Positions 30,752 to 40,538 of a stretch of DNA of 64,000 nucleotides are shown here, piece by piece. Made by a program: the position numbers and the translations under genes. Position 1 is the first letter of the stretch. Each line of letters starts with the position of its first letter. This DNA comes from a virus: the IMG/VR virus record IMGVR_UViG_3300003886_000001, positions 1 to 64,000 of that record; one strand, 5' to 3'. The notes below the pieces were generated by a model that had not been told where the DNA came from, ran no database searches, and saw nothing but the letters and a program-made list of their open reading frames with translations.

Positions 30752-30763
30752 TATAGCTCCAGA

Positions 30764-31123
30764 TTAAACTTTTGGATAGGGCTGCGTAAGCTCAACAACT
30801 AGACACTCACCTTCCATATGAGCGATGTAGTGGGTTCCAACCTCCACTGGTGGGTTGACATTTTGTATAAAAGCTACTGCACACACCATATGTACTGTAG
30901 GAGTTACGGAGTATGCTTCGGGGTCTTCCTTACTAGTAGGAGTTAATCCTATCGCTTTGCGTTCCGGGTCGTAGCTAAAGCGCACATATCGTGGGCTATT
31001 AATAAGTCTTATAGCCTTCACACTAAGGCCAAAGCGCTGCAACTTCTGATACGTCACTGTTGCTACCGGTAGAGAATTCGTCCGAACGTTAGCGTCACTA
31101 CGCTTAAAAGTTTCAAAACTCAT
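30764..31123 (-). CDS. Hypothetical protein
   Basis: ORF with RBS AAGGA. Confidence 0.65.
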   Translation of the reverse strand: MSFETFKRSDANVRTNSLPVATVTYQKLQRFGLSVKAIRLINSPRYVRFSYDPERKAIGLTPTSKEDPEAYSVTPTVHMVCAVAFIQNVNPPVEVGTHYIAHMEGECLVVELTQPYPKV

Positions 31124-31254
31124 GGCAATTTCCTTTCAAAAGAACGATATCTTTCTCTTCCATAAGATTAACATAGTATACATTAGAAAGATGAATCCTA
31201 TAATAAGACGATAGCAATCCTTAAGCGTGCTTTTATTACTATAGTAATTTCATT

Positions 31255-31404
31255 TCAATTACCAAAGGTTATCTCTTCTGCGATTTCGTCAAGCCCTAAT
31301 CCATAGTTCTTTACTTTTTCCGCATATTTCTCCCAGTCTTCATCATTCCAATTGTCTGTAGGGTATGCAGGATATCCATTAGGGTCTGATTCGTTTTGGT
31401 CCAT
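31255..31404 (-). CDS. 49-aa acidic protein
   Basis: MDQNESDP...; RBS GAGG; below track cutoff. Confidence 0.55.
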   Translation of the reverse strand: MDQNESDPNGYPAYPTDNWNDEDWEKYAEKVKNYGLGLDEIAEEITFGN

Positions 31405-31471
31405 TACTTGTACCTCAAGTCTATCATAGCATACATTAGGCGTTAGCCATAGGAGTTATGTGATTTTGTTT

Positions 31472-31783
31472 CTATTCTTTTATTTTAGAAAAGATAGATT
31501 GTACTAACTTGATATCGTCTGGGATAAGTGGAGGGAAAGCTCCAATGACTATCGGTGTCTGGCCAAGGATAAACTTCTTTGGCACTATATTAAAAAATCT
31601 GTGTTTTGGGAAACCTCTTATTAACTCTTGTATTACCTCGTTAAAAGCATCGGCTCCTAGTTGTATCAATAAGGAGCTTTCTGTTAACATCTTTTCCGTA
31701 GCAGGTTCGGTATCAACGGGATGTACTTCTTGTACCAAATACTGGTTGTCTTCCATTTCCCAGTCATGCATAGTGATATTCAT
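31472..31783 (-). CDS. Hypothetical protein
   Basis: coupled ORF. Confidence 0.6.
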   Translation of the reverse strand: MNITMHDWEMEDNQYLVQEVHPVDTEPATEKMLTESSLLIQLGADAFNEVIQELIRGFPKHRFFNIVPKKFILGQTPIVIGAFPPLIPDDIKLVQSIFSKIKE

Positions 31784-31784
31784 T

Positions 31785-32048
31785 TTAGTTTAACACCTTT
31801 TCTTCGCTAGACGCCGGCTGTTCATTTAAGTATTCCATATATTCTTGGGCAAAGGAGTTTTTTACTAATTCGCTTAACATGGATAGTAACACATTATTGC
31901 TTAGCAAGACATTGCTAGCTATGAGCCTGCCTTCTACCGCATCCATAGCTAGCATCTGGTTCTGACTCTTAGTTAGCTCTTCAAGATATTTTAAGAAATT
32001 AAATACATCTATTAAGAACTTGTCTTGTCCTTCAGTTAAGGTCTCCAT
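31785..32048 (-). CDS. Hypothetical protein
   Basis: RBS GGAG. Confidence 0.6.
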   Translation of the reverse strand: METLTEGQDKFLIDVFNFLKYLEELTKSQNQMLAMDAVEGRLIASNVLLSNNVLLSMLSELVKNSFAQEYMEYLNEQPASSEEKVLN

Positions 32049-32068
32049 AAGGCTCCATTCTCATTCTT

Positions 32069-32090
32069 CTCATTCCAAAGTGTCTAGAAT
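32069..32090 (+). promoter_or_regulatory. Class II promoter (leaderless)
   Basis: CTCAT-N11-TAGAAT, ATG 6 nt downstream. Confidence 0.7.
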
Positions 32091-32096
32091 AGAAGT

Positions 32097-32330
32097 ATGC
32101 CTAAGTATATGCTACTTTTCGGCCTTCTGCAAGCCACCGGAGCTACTGGTATGCTATGGTTTCTTTCCTTGCCACACCTCACTATGATTTATAACATGGG
32201 GCTGTTACTAGTTTTTATTCTATCAAGCCTCGCTTTTGGGGCGTGGGGGTATTTTGCGGGCTACGCAAGAGCACAAGAAGTGCGAGAGGACGGGTTTCTT
32301 AAATATCTATCTAAGGAGAATAGGCCGTGA
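32097..32330 (+). CDS. Small membrane protein
   Basis: two hydrophobic helices. Confidence 0.65.
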   Translation: MPKYMLLFGLLQATGATGMLWFLSLPHLTMIYNMGLLLVFILSSLAFGAWGYFAGYARAQEVREDGFLKYLSKENRP

Positions 32331-32524
32331 CTTGGTCTATCGTTGAATGGTTGTCTACCATACTAATAGGAGCAGTAGCTGTATTGATTGGAGGGATGGA
32401 CTTCTTTTATATCTTTCATATGAGTTTTCTTGACAGCTGCCTAGTTTTTATAGCGCTTTTGTTAGCCATCACACTGCTATCTGTTGTTATTGAGCGGCTG
32501 CTTGGAATTGCCGAGCTACCATGA
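32327..32524 (+). CDS. Small membrane protein
   Basis: two hydrophobic helices. Confidence 0.65.
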   Translation: MTWSIVEWLSTILIGAVAVLIGGMDFFYIFHMSFLDSCLVFIALLLAITLLSVVIERLLGIAELP

Positions 32525-32540
32525 TAGACTTTATCTGTCT

Positions 32541-32729
32541 ATGAAAAAACTCACTGTTGTTTGTGATAGATGTGATACACTAATTGATACGGGATATTAC
32601 GACACAAGTGGAGGAGAGTGGTCGTGGTTTGCTGAACCCCATGAGAAGGTTATTTGTGACCATTGTATGCACAAAGATTCTAGATATAGGGAGTTGTATG
32701 GTAATATTGCCTGGCAAGAGATTGATTGA
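32541..32729 (+). CDS. Small Zn-finger protein
   Basis: CDRC...CDHC. Confidence 0.6.
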   Translation: MKKLTVVCDRCDTLIDTGYYDTSGGEWSWFAEPHEKVICDHCMHKDSRYRELYGNIAWQEID

Positions 32730-33057
32730 ATTGACGGAAGGGTCTATACAAGCTAAGGAATATCCGGAATTGTTGTTGTTGTTAGTATATATGGAAGAGA
32801 GGTATGGATTTAGAGTAAAAGAGTCTTTTGACACCATAGTACAGGAAGCTCAGGATATAACCGCAAACCCACTTAGGATAAACGATATGACCTCTACCAT
32901 GTTCTTTTTTATGACCTATCTACAACATCCTTATGGGTTTACAGTCCTCTCTTTCGATAACCTATTATCAGAGTTAAATTCGTCAATAGTAGAGACTATA
33001 TCTAATTCAATTCTCATGCAGACAGAGTATAGTAGAAAAGAGGAAGTGGACAAATGA
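32584..33057 (+). CDS. Hypothetical protein (true start probably near 32700)
   Basis: ORF; 5' part overlaps previous gene. Confidence 0.45.
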   Translation: MIRDITTQVEESGRGLLNPMRRLFVTIVCTKILDIGSCMVILPGKRLIELTEGSIQAKEYPELLLLLVYMEERYGFRVKESFDTIVQEAQDITANPLRINDMTSTMFFFMTYLQHPYGFTVLSFDNLLSELNSSIVETISNSILMQTEYSRKEEVDK

Positions 33058-33263
33058 CTATTTGGGAATACTGGCATGCTCCATTGTTTATCAGGCACAG
33101 AGAGCGAATTTATATGGGATATCAGAAGGAAGTTACCCATCTAAAGCGCACTACTGTAGCGTCAGACTCTGATATACGACGACAGGCAATAGCTAATTTA
33201 ACCCATGATATGTATAAAATTATAGAAGATATTAAGGAAGTGTTGACAAAGAATGCCGACTAA
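33054..33263 (+). CDS. Hypothetical protein
   Basis: coupled ORF. Confidence 0.55.
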   Translation: MTIWEYWHAPLFIRHRERIYMGYQKEVTHLKRTTVASDSDIRRQAIANLTHDMYKIIEDIKEVLTKNAD

Positions 33264-33768
33264 AGTTGGGTCTAACCCTAATATAGGTTTTGTAACAGAC
33301 ACTCACGTCTACTTTCTCGATGGGATGTTCTCACAGTGGAAACCCGCTGTAATTAAAGACCTCGAAAGCGGTAACACGTTTGCTAATGCCGAACAATACA
33401 TGATGTATTATAAAGCCCTGACCATGAAGGACGGAATTTCTGCTAAACTGATTTTGGCAGAAACTCATCCTGCCCGAGTCAAGAAACTCGGGAGGGGGAT
33501 TATAGGTTTTGATGAAGATAAATGGGACGAGGTAAAGGAGAACATAGTGTATAAAGGAAATTACCTTAAATTCACACAAAATCCAGACTACTTATTAACC
33601 ATCAAGAAGCTTGTTGGCCGAACTTTTGTAGAGTGTTCATACTATGACCGGATATGGGGAATTGGCCTAGACATTTCAAACCTTGATATATTGGATGAAA
33701 GCAAGTGGTTGGGATTAAACCTACTAGGAAAGGCTATTAGCAAAGTAGCCGTTGATATAGATGTCTGA
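33253..33768 (+). CDS. NADAR-family ADP-ribose hydrolase
   Basis: FSQW, AEQYMMYYKA, VKKLGR, KFTQN, ECSYYDRIWGIGL, GLNLLG. Confidence 0.92.
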   Translation: MPTKVGSNPNIGFVTDTHVYFLDGMFSQWKPAVIKDLESGNTFANAEQYMMYYKALTMKDGISAKLILAETHPARVKKLGRGIIGFDEDKWDEVKENIVYKGNYLKFTQNPDYLLTIKKLVGRTFVECSYYDRIWGIGLDISNLDILDESKWLGLNLLGKAISKVAVDIDV

Positions 33769-34141
33769 GGAACTGTTCTATGACTTACATAACACGGTAG
33801 AAGCGTACTTTGAAGACTATAAAGAATACCTCTTGAAAAATGGGGTACTTTATAAACGCGCTATCTGGGATGTAACAGGATATTTTACTAATATTTTGAA
33901 GGATTGGTTGACCACACCGTCTTTAACAGTCTGGTGGTATGGTGCCATCTATTGCGGTGATTATGAAGAAATTATTACAACCGTAGATGTTGAAGAGTTT
34001 ATTGAGGGGGATTACAAGTCAACAATTTGGTACAGTACGGATACAATACCTCGTTATCGTGGGTTTAAGACAATAAAAGGAGAATTCGTTGAGAGGTATC
34101 CACAAGGACCACCTAGAGGGGAATTGCACAAGAAAGGATAA
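33761..34141 (+). CDS. Hypothetical protein
   Basis: coupled ORF. Confidence 0.6.
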   Translation: MSEELFYDLHNTVEAYFEDYKEYLLKNGVLYKRAIWDVTGYFTNILKDWLTTPSLTVWWYGAIYCGDYEEIITTVDVEEFIEGDYKSTIWYSTDTIPRYRGFKTIKGEFVERYPQGPPRGELHKKG

Positions 34142-34143
34142 CA

Positions 34144-34779
34144 ATGAGAGTTAGAGTTTATGGTGACTTACATGCTAATTTTAGACTTTTACATTTTATT
34201 ACAAACAAGTTACTTAAAGATATTGATGAGGTGTGGATTGCCGGAGATTTTGGATACGGATTTCCTTCAACCTTTAACACTATAGTAGTGCCAAGAATAC
34301 CTGTTAAGTTTATCCGTGGAAATCACGATAATCCAATAGTTAGGGAGGACTTTAATTGGAAGGGGTTTGAGTACATTAAAGACGGTACAATCAAAGACGG
34401 GGTGTTATTTATTGGTGGCGCTTGGTCAGTAGATAAGGAATACCGTATTCCAGGAGTTAGCTGGTGGGACCAAGAAGAACTAAATCAACCAGAAATGGAT
34501 GAGATTGAGCATAGTATTGAAGGTAAGATTGATACGGTTATAACCCATGAGGCCCCTTATGTTATGTATCCGTACCTTCACCCATCATTGTTGTTTCCTA
34601 ATAGAACCTCAGAATTTCTGGACCACCTGCGCCGAAAAGTTTTGGTAGGTGAGATGAAGCCCAACCTATGGATTTTTGGCCACCATCACAAACACTTAGA
34701 GAAGGTCATTGACGGTACTAGATTTGTAGGTTTGGACGTTGCTGAGACGTTAGACCATCTGGACCTAGATGTTCCATAA
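34144..34779 (+). CDS. Calcineurin-like metallophosphoesterase
   Basis: GDLH, GDFG, GNHD, THEAP, FGHHH. Confidence 0.92.
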   Translation: MRVRVYGDLHANFRLLHFITNKLLKDIDEVWIAGDFGYGFPSTFNTIVVPRIPVKFIRGNHDNPIVREDFNWKGFEYIKDGTIKDGVLFIGGAWSVDKEYRIPGVSWWDQEELNQPEMDEIEHSIEGKIDTVITHEAPYVMYPYLHPSLLFPNRTSEFLDHLRRKVLVGEMKPNLWIFGHHHKHLEKVIDGTRFVGLDVAETLDHLDLDVP

Positions 34780-35416
34780 ATATCCGAGGATACCCCACGT
34801 TATAGGTAGTAAAGGGACGGGAGATGACCTTTTTGCAGAAACTCCGAGAGGAAGCTTTTCCGCCTACGAAAAATTAGACGGCTCCTGTGTAGGGATAACT
34901 ATGTCTTCAAACAATGTTTTACAATTTATGAATCGTGGAGGATTTATTGAAGAAAAACGACCACATGAACAATGGGGAGCCTTAAAACGTTGGGCGTATA
35001 AGAATTATAACAAGTTGTACTCTATATTTAAGAAAACTCCTGGTATTATTATCTTTGGAGAGTGGTTGTGGGCTAAACATACTATTTATTACAACCGTCT
35101 ACCAGATTATTTTATAGCATTTGACACCTGGGACCCTAAGAGTGGATTTTTACCTCTTCATCCCAATAATTATATAAAGACATTAGTGTCAGCCTCTCCA
35201 ATAGGTGGAACCGATAGCATAGCACGGTGGTTGAAAGACCAGGATTATCGACCTAGCTATGGTGACCAATTTGAAGGATTTATCTTTAGGAGTATTGATG
35301 ATTATAGCATTAGATATAAATATGTCGTATTTCAAGTAGGTAAAACTCATTGGTATGAGTTGCCGGTAACACAAAATAGGCTAAGTTCATCCTTCTCACG
35401 AAACGTCCTGCTATAG
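34769..35416 (+). CDS. ATP-dependent RNA ligase family protein
   Basis: EKLDGS, FGEW, FIAFD, EGF, YKYV. Confidence 0.85.
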   Translation: MFHKYPRIPHVIGSKGTGDDLFAETPRGSFSAYEKLDGSCVGITMSSNNVLQFMNRGGFIEEKRPHEQWGALKRWAYKNYNKLYSIFKKTPGIIIFGEWLWAKHTIYYNRLPDYFIAFDTWDPKSGFLPLHPNNYIKTLVSASPIGGTDSIARWLKDQDYRPSYGDQFEGFIFRSIDDYSIRYKYVVFQVGKTHWYELPVTQNRLSSSFSRNVLL

Positions 35417-35417
35417 T
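35395..35417 (+). promoter_or_regulatory. Class II promoter variant
   Basis: CTCAC-N12-TATAGT. Confidence 0.6.
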
Positions 35418-35443
35418 AATAACAGAAACGGGAGGAACACTAA

Positions 35444-36529
35444 ATGAAGACTTGGCCCAAACTCTACTATACCAATAACTCTGGTAAACTGTATGAATGG
35501 GGTATCTGGGTTGATGGCAGTGAAATTTATACTAAATACGGAGGGGTTGGGGACTCTAAGCAGGTCGCTATAAAGTGTGCTACACCGAAAAACGTAGGCA
35601 AGTCTAATGAGACTACTCCCCAAGAGCAGGCGGAATTAGAAGCAGAAGCTATGTGGGTATTCAAGAAAGAACGCCGATATAGCGAGAACGAGGAGGATTC
35701 TAGTATTGTTGAACGGCTTCGTCCGATGCTCGCAAAGAAATTAGGGGAATTACCGGATAAAGTATTTCCCGTAGCTGTTCAGCCTAAATTGGATGGTATT
35801 CGCTGTCTGATTAAAATTGATAACGGTAATATAGAGATGGTAAGTAGGTCGGGCAAGCCAATCGTTACCTGTGGGCATATTAGCCAACAGATTCAGGCAA
35901 TGAAGTTGCCGTCAATGGTAATTGATGGAGAGCTTTATAACCACGATATTACTTTCCAAGCCATTACTAAGTTGGTTAAAAAGTATTATCCCGGCAAAAG
36001 CGAGGACATCAACTTCGTGTATTATGACAGCTATACCGAAACTACCAAAGATTTACCGTGGGAAGAGCGACATACTTTTTCACAAACTTCAAGTAATGTA
36101 CATAAACTAGCACATATGAATGCTAGGGATGAGGAAGGAATTAAAGCCGCTCATCGGTGGAATATTAAGTCAGGCTATGAGGGCTCTATCATCCGTATTT
36201 CCCGGGGTATAAAGAAGTTGGATTACAGGACGGGAGCACGGTCCTCTGCACTGTTAAAGCTAAAGGATTTCCTTGATGATGAGTATCCAGTTGTTGGATA
36301 TACCGAGGGTATAGGAAAGTTTACTGGGTGTATCATCTACGAGTGTAAAACTCCTGAGGGAATATCATTCAATGTAGTTCCTAGGGGGACAATGGAAGAA
36401 CGTAAGTATTGGTTTAAGAACGCGCGTAGGTTCATAGGAAACCAGTTAACGGTAAGGTACTTTGCAACCACTGAGGATGGGGTTCCTAGGTTTCCAATTG
36501 GTATAGGAATTCGTTGGGATAAAGAATGA
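35444..36529 (+). CDS. ATP-dependent DNA ligase with WGR-like N-terminus
   Basis: QPKLDGIRC, DGELY, YEG, KLKDF, OB fold. Confidence 0.92.
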   Translation: MKTWPKLYYTNNSGKLYEWGIWVDGSEIYTKYGGVGDSKQVAIKCATPKNVGKSNETTPQEQAELEAEAMWVFKKERRYSENEEDSSIVERLRPMLAKKLGELPDKVFPVAVQPKLDGIRCLIKIDNGNIEMVSRSGKPIVTCGHISQQIQAMKLPSMVIDGELYNHDITFQAITKLVKKYYPGKSEDINFVYYDSYTETTKDLPWEERHTFSQTSSNVHKLAHMNARDEEGIKAAHRWNIKSGYEGSIIRISRGIKKLDYRTGARSSALLKLKDFLDDEYPVVGYTEGIGKFTGCIIYECKTPEGISFNVVPRGTMEERKYWFKNARRFIGNQLTVRYFATTEDGVPRFPIGIGIRWDKE

Positions 36530-36978
36530 AATTATATATCACTGTTATTGACTCGGTAGAGGGAATTGAAGAAATATGTGGATACTTTACCGACAAAAAG
36601 TTTGCAGAGAGGCTGGCAACCACTATTGGAGGAACCGTACTGACGGGAACCGTAGACGAGTTTGACCATACAGAATGGTTAAAGTTCATTGAAACTAATA
36701 ACTTACACTACTTCCATACAGAGAGTGTAGTAGGTAAAGATACTATAGTCGGACAACAGGAAATGACATTAGGTGGCGTCATACGTAATTCAGTTTACCT
36801 TATGTTAGGAGGTACTGAGGATATTGTTGTGGGAAGTATCTGGACTACTAGCCAAAAAGAAGCCGCAGCTTATATAGAACATGTCGTGGAGGATATTTTT
36901 CCTAATATTCCAGTCGAGACTACACCTTCCGGCAATGAAAAATGGTATGAAGAGATATTATGGGAAAGGACGCCATGA
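36526..36978 (+). CDS. Hypothetical protein (paralog of next gene)
   Basis: GYFTDKKFAERLA vs GHFFKEEDAAALA. Confidence 0.65.
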   Translation: MKLYITVIDSVEGIEEICGYFTDKKFAERLATTIGGTVLTGTVDEFDHTEWLKFIETNNLHYFHTESVVGKDTIVGQQEMTLGGVIRNSVYLMLGGTEDIVVGSIWTTSQKEAAAYIEHVVEDIFPNIPVETTPSGNEKWYEEILWERTP

Positions 36979-37391
36979 AAATTTACCAGGTTTACATGGA
37001 AGATGAGCTAGACTTTATTGAGTACGGGCATTTCTTCAAAGAGGAAGACGCTGCTGCTCTAGCACAACATCTGGGGGCATATGTAAAGACTGTAGTTGTG
37101 GATGCGTCCATAGCCGTACTAGAATATATCAGAGAAAATGACCTCTACTACTGGAATGTCATTAATTCTGAGGGCGAGTTTAGCGGTGTAGTATTACCAC
37201 CTTCGGAGGAATGGGAATGGGATAATAAACAACTCAGAAATAGCATTAGTATAGACGGAGATGGTGAAATAAATGCTAGTGTCTGGGCCTCCACGGAAGA
37301 AAAGGCTATTGAATACGTTAAATGTAATGAGTCTATTAATACTCCTGACCAGCGTTATTACACAACCGTTGTTTTTACGGTCCCATCATGA
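36975..37391 (+). CDS. Hypothetical protein (paralog of previous gene)
   Basis: SVWASTEEKAIEYV vs SIWTTSQKEAAAYI. Confidence 0.65.
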   Translation: MKIYQVYMEDELDFIEYGHFFKEEDAAALAQHLGAYVKTVVVDASIAVLEYIRENDLYYWNVINSEGEFSGVVLPPSEEWEWDNKQLRNSISIDGDGEINASVWASTEEKAIEYVKCNESINTPDQRYYTTVVFTVPS

Positions 37392-37415
37392 TTTTCTGTA
37401 AAAACACTTATACTA

Positions 37416-37438
37416 CTCATACGTAACTATCCTAGACT
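37416..37438 (+). promoter_or_regulatory. Class II promoter
   Basis: CTCAT-N12-TAGACT. Confidence 0.7.
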
Positions 37439-37458
37439 AGGAACTAGGAGGAAGTAAA

Positions 37459-38733
37459 ATGGAACCTTTTAAAACTGGCCAGATATATAAGATGAACGAG
37501 GGGAAAGTTTGGGCGACCTTTCTTCTTTCTGATTCATTGATGTCCGGTGTTGATGAGAAAACGATGAACCAGATTCGTAATTCTATGCGATTGCCAGGAG
37601 TAAAGAGTGTTACTATTACCCCAGACGTTCACTTTGGGTATGGGGTGGCTATCGGTACTGTTGTTCATTCTGAAACTCACTTGTATCCAGACGTTGTAGG
37701 GGTTGACCCAGCTTGTAGTGTGTCATTGTCTCGTATCCATGGAGTTAATGGTCTCTCCAAGCTGAAAGAGAAAAAGGATGTCTTAAAAAGTATAAAGGAG
37801 CGGGTCAGTGTAGGTAGGGGGAGGGTAAACAAACAAGCTCCGCCTTTGACCATGAGGGGATTTAAACAGGTAATTGACGGATTCTTAACCCCAGCACTAA
37901 GCTGGTTGTCTTATAGAGAGGACAAGTTATGGAAGAGCGAAACTAGAGAATACCAACAAGTTGGGGATTTATTAGAGTTATTAATGACAGATACTATGCT
38001 AGGACAGGTAGGTAGTATCGGCTCAGGAAATCATTTTATAGAATTACAAGAAGATGAGGAAGGGTCGCTTTATGTAATGGCACACTTTGGTAGTAGGGGC
38101 ATAGGTGCTACCGGTGCTAAGTTATTAGAAGACATGGTAAGAGAGGAATTAAAGTCATGGGGAGTAACTACCGAGCTACTTTATATGCCTGCGGAAAGCA
38201 ACATTGGTAAACTATACAATGTTTTCCAACGGGCCATGCTAGAATGGTCAACCTATAACCATGAAATAGTACAGGAGGCGATTGAACAAGCTATCCGTGA
38301 GACATTCCCAGAGGCCCGTAGGGAGGCTATCGGGCATATACCGCATAACTTTATAGAAAGGAGGCTGGGATTATTTGTAGGCCGTAAAGGCGCCACTCCA
38401 GCATATGGTAAAGTTCCATTGTTAATCCCGGGGAGCATGGGTACAGCTAGTTATGTGCTTAGCCCGGGAGTAAAAGCCGCTAAATTGGGAGAGTCAGTTT
38501 CCCATGGTGCTGGACGGCTTTTTAGTCGTAGAGCCGCTAAAGCCACTCTAAACCAGAAAGAGGTTAACCAAGAGTTTAAAAATAATGGAATTATCGGAAA
38601 CTTTGAAGACGTTCCTTTGGACGAAGCTCCGGGGGCATATAAGGATATAGACGAAATAATTAAATCGTTGGTAAACTCAGAAGTTGCAGTTGTGGAAAAG
38701 AAATTAAAGCCAGTGATGGTAATAAAAGGGTAA
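37459..38733 (+). CDS. rtcB: RtcB RNA ligase
   Basis: PDVHFGYG, GSGNHFIELQ, HFGSRG, HNF, RKGAT, HGAGR, DEAPGAYK. Confidence 0.95.
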   Translation: MEPFKTGQIYKMNEGKVWATFLLSDSLMSGVDEKTMNQIRNSMRLPGVKSVTITPDVHFGYGVAIGTVVHSETHLYPDVVGVDPACSVSLSRIHGVNGLSKLKEKKDVLKSIKERVSVGRGRVNKQAPPLTMRGFKQVIDGFLTPALSWLSYREDKLWKSETREYQQVGDLLELLMTDTMLGQVGSIGSGNHFIELQEDEEGSLYVMAHFGSRGIGATGAKLLEDMVREELKSWGVTTELLYMPAESNIGKLYNVFQRAMLEWSTYNHEIVQEAIEQAIRETFPEARREAIGHIPHNFIERRLGLFVGRKGATPAYGKVPLLIPGSMGTASYVLSPGVKAAKLGESVSHGAGRLFSRRAAKATLNQKEVNQEFKNNGIIGNFEDVPLDEAPGAYKDIDEIIKSLVNSEVAVVEKKLKPVMVIKG

Positions 38734-38781
38734 ATCTTATTTTGCCCACGAGGTTAGGAAACTAACAGAAATGAGATAAAA

Positions 38782-39210
38782 ATGAAAGGAATAGCAGCCC
38801 CAGAGCAGGAAAATCAAAAGATAGAAGGAATGTCTCCTGCTGAATTATCAGCATTTACAACGTTAATGAGTCTAGCTCCCGTTGATGAAGAGTCCAAATT
38901 ATCAATCCCCCCTTTGCTTGAGAATTATATCTCCAAAGGTATAGTTATTAGTCTTAAACCATATCCTTCACGTCACTACGCTAACTTATGGGAAGAGGTA
39001 CGCGCCGTTATTAATGAATGTCATCTAAGAGGAGGACATATTGATGGGCTTATTGAAAAGTTACCCCTCGCCTTTTATGATGGTGAGACATACTTAGGGT
39101 TTAAGAGGTATATGGAGGATATGAATAAGTGGAGCGATACTCTAGATAAAGAGATTTCTGTACAAATAAAGTGGGCACAGGAAGTGATGAATAAAATTAA
39201 GAGCTTATAA
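38782..39210 (+). CDS. Hypothetical protein
   Basis: ORF. Confidence 0.6.
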   Translation: MKGIAAPEQENQKIEGMSPAELSAFTTLMSLAPVDEESKLSIPPLLENYISKGIVISLKPYPSRHYANLWEEVRAVINECHLRGGHIDGLIEKLPLAFYDGETYLGFKRYMEDMNKWSDTLDKEISVQIKWAQEVMNKIKSL

Positions 39211-39229
39211 CTGTGGTAGGAGTATAATT

Positions 39230-40006
39230 ATGAGTGTTATTGTTGCTATAAGTGGTGGAAAGGCTAGTGCCTGGTGTGCAAACTGGGCACTTAAGAAATA
39301 TGATAGGGAAAATGTAATTTTGTACTTTAATGACACAAAATGGGAACACCCAGACTTATATAGATTTTTAAAGGACGTGAGTAACTATCTTCATCATGAC
39401 ATCACGTTTGATTCTGATGGTAGAAGCCCAGCACAGTTATTTTTGGATTATAGGGCTTTAGCCAATAACAGGATGCCCTTTTGTTCACGTGTGTTAAAGG
39501 CAGAAAGACTGCAACGATTCTACAAGGATGGGGACATTTTAGTTTTTGGTATAGGACCAGATGAATTAAACCGAGCAAGAAGAATTGTTAGTGTATATCA
39601 AAAGGTTGCTACTAAAACTGGTAAGTCTTGTAATGTTGTACTTCCCCTTATCATAGAAGATGTGACAACTGCTAATATTGATGATTTTCTTTCTAAAGCT
39701 GGTATAGAGGAACCTTTATTATATAAATTAGGATTTTTGCATAACAATTGCTCAGGAGGATGTGTTCGTGCTGGTAAAAAGCATTGGAAACTTCTATATG
39801 AAAAACTCCCTGAGGTGTATGCTGAAAGGGAAAGAATTGAAGAAGGCGTTAGGACTTATTTAAAAAAGGATATACACTTTTTTAGGGACGAGACTTTAAG
39901 AGATTTTCGCGGCAGAATAGAAAGAAAGGAGTTATCTTCCTATTATGACATTGACGATAAAGAGGAAGGGGTAGAGTGTATTGGTATTTGTGGAACCCAG
40001 TCATAG
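39230..40006 (+). CDS. PAPS-reductase-fold (PP-loop) protein
   Basis: ISGGKAS, FNDTKWEHPDLYRF, HNNCSGGCVRAG, terminal C..IC. Confidence 0.85.
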   Translation: MSVIVAISGGKASAWCANWALKKYDRENVILYFNDTKWEHPDLYRFLKDVSNYLHHDITFDSDGRSPAQLFLDYRALANNRMPFCSRVLKAERLQRFYKDGDILVFGIGPDELNRARRIVSVYQKVATKTGKSCNVVLPLIIEDVTTANIDDFLSKAGIEEPLLYKLGFLHNNCSGGCVRAGKKHWKLLYEKLPEVYAERERIEEGVRTYLKKDIHFFRDETLRDFRGRIERKELSSYYDIDDKEEGVECIGICGTQS

Positions 40007-40016
40007 TCTCATCATT

Positions 40017-40039
40017 CTCATACACATCTTCTCTACTCT
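40017..40039 (+). promoter_or_regulatory. Class II promoter
   Basis: CTCAT-N12-TACTCT. Confidence 0.7.
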
Positions 40040-40060
40040 TAGTAGAGAAGAAAGGAATAT

Positions 40061-40528
40061 ATGTTAATTAGATTTCATAGTTTCACGGACTTAATTACAA
40101 ATTCAAGTTCTACAGTATACATTTATCTCACAGAGAAAACCGAGGAGGTTATTAAGGACTTGGTAAGGCTGCTGCTATCAAGGAATGGTAGCAATGAAAC
40201 CTTTGACTCACTTTTCTCTATTGAGCACCTAACGGGGGAAGGTACTCATGAATACGACTTCTATGAAAACATCTATGATATCGAAAGTATTGATGGAGAT
40301 TGGGAAGCATTAGAGAAGGCTAAAAACGAAGCCGAGGATAAACTCGCCTATCTTAAGAAGTATGCAGAAGAGCATGGACATTCGTCTTTTGAAGATGAAA
40401 ACTATCATGAATATGATTATGCTAGTACCTTAAAAATTACAGCTAAACATCCAAAAGACGCAGCTGCCGCCAAGATATTAAGTTCATTACGTAGTTTATT
40501 TGAATACGAAGCAGTGTTTGATGGTTAG
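40061..40528 (+). CDS. DLITNSSS-motif protein
   Basis: N-terminal HSFTDLITNSSSTVY; acidic core. Confidence 0.7.
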   Translation: MLIRFHSFTDLITNSSSTVYIYLTEKTEEVIKDLVRLLLSRNGSNETFDSLFSIEHLTGEGTHEYDFYENIYDIESIDGDWEALEKAKNEAEDKLAYLKKYAEEHGHSSFEDENYHEYDYASTLKITAKHPKDAAAAKILSSLRSLFEYEAVFDG

Positions 40529-40538
40529 CCTAGAGGGG

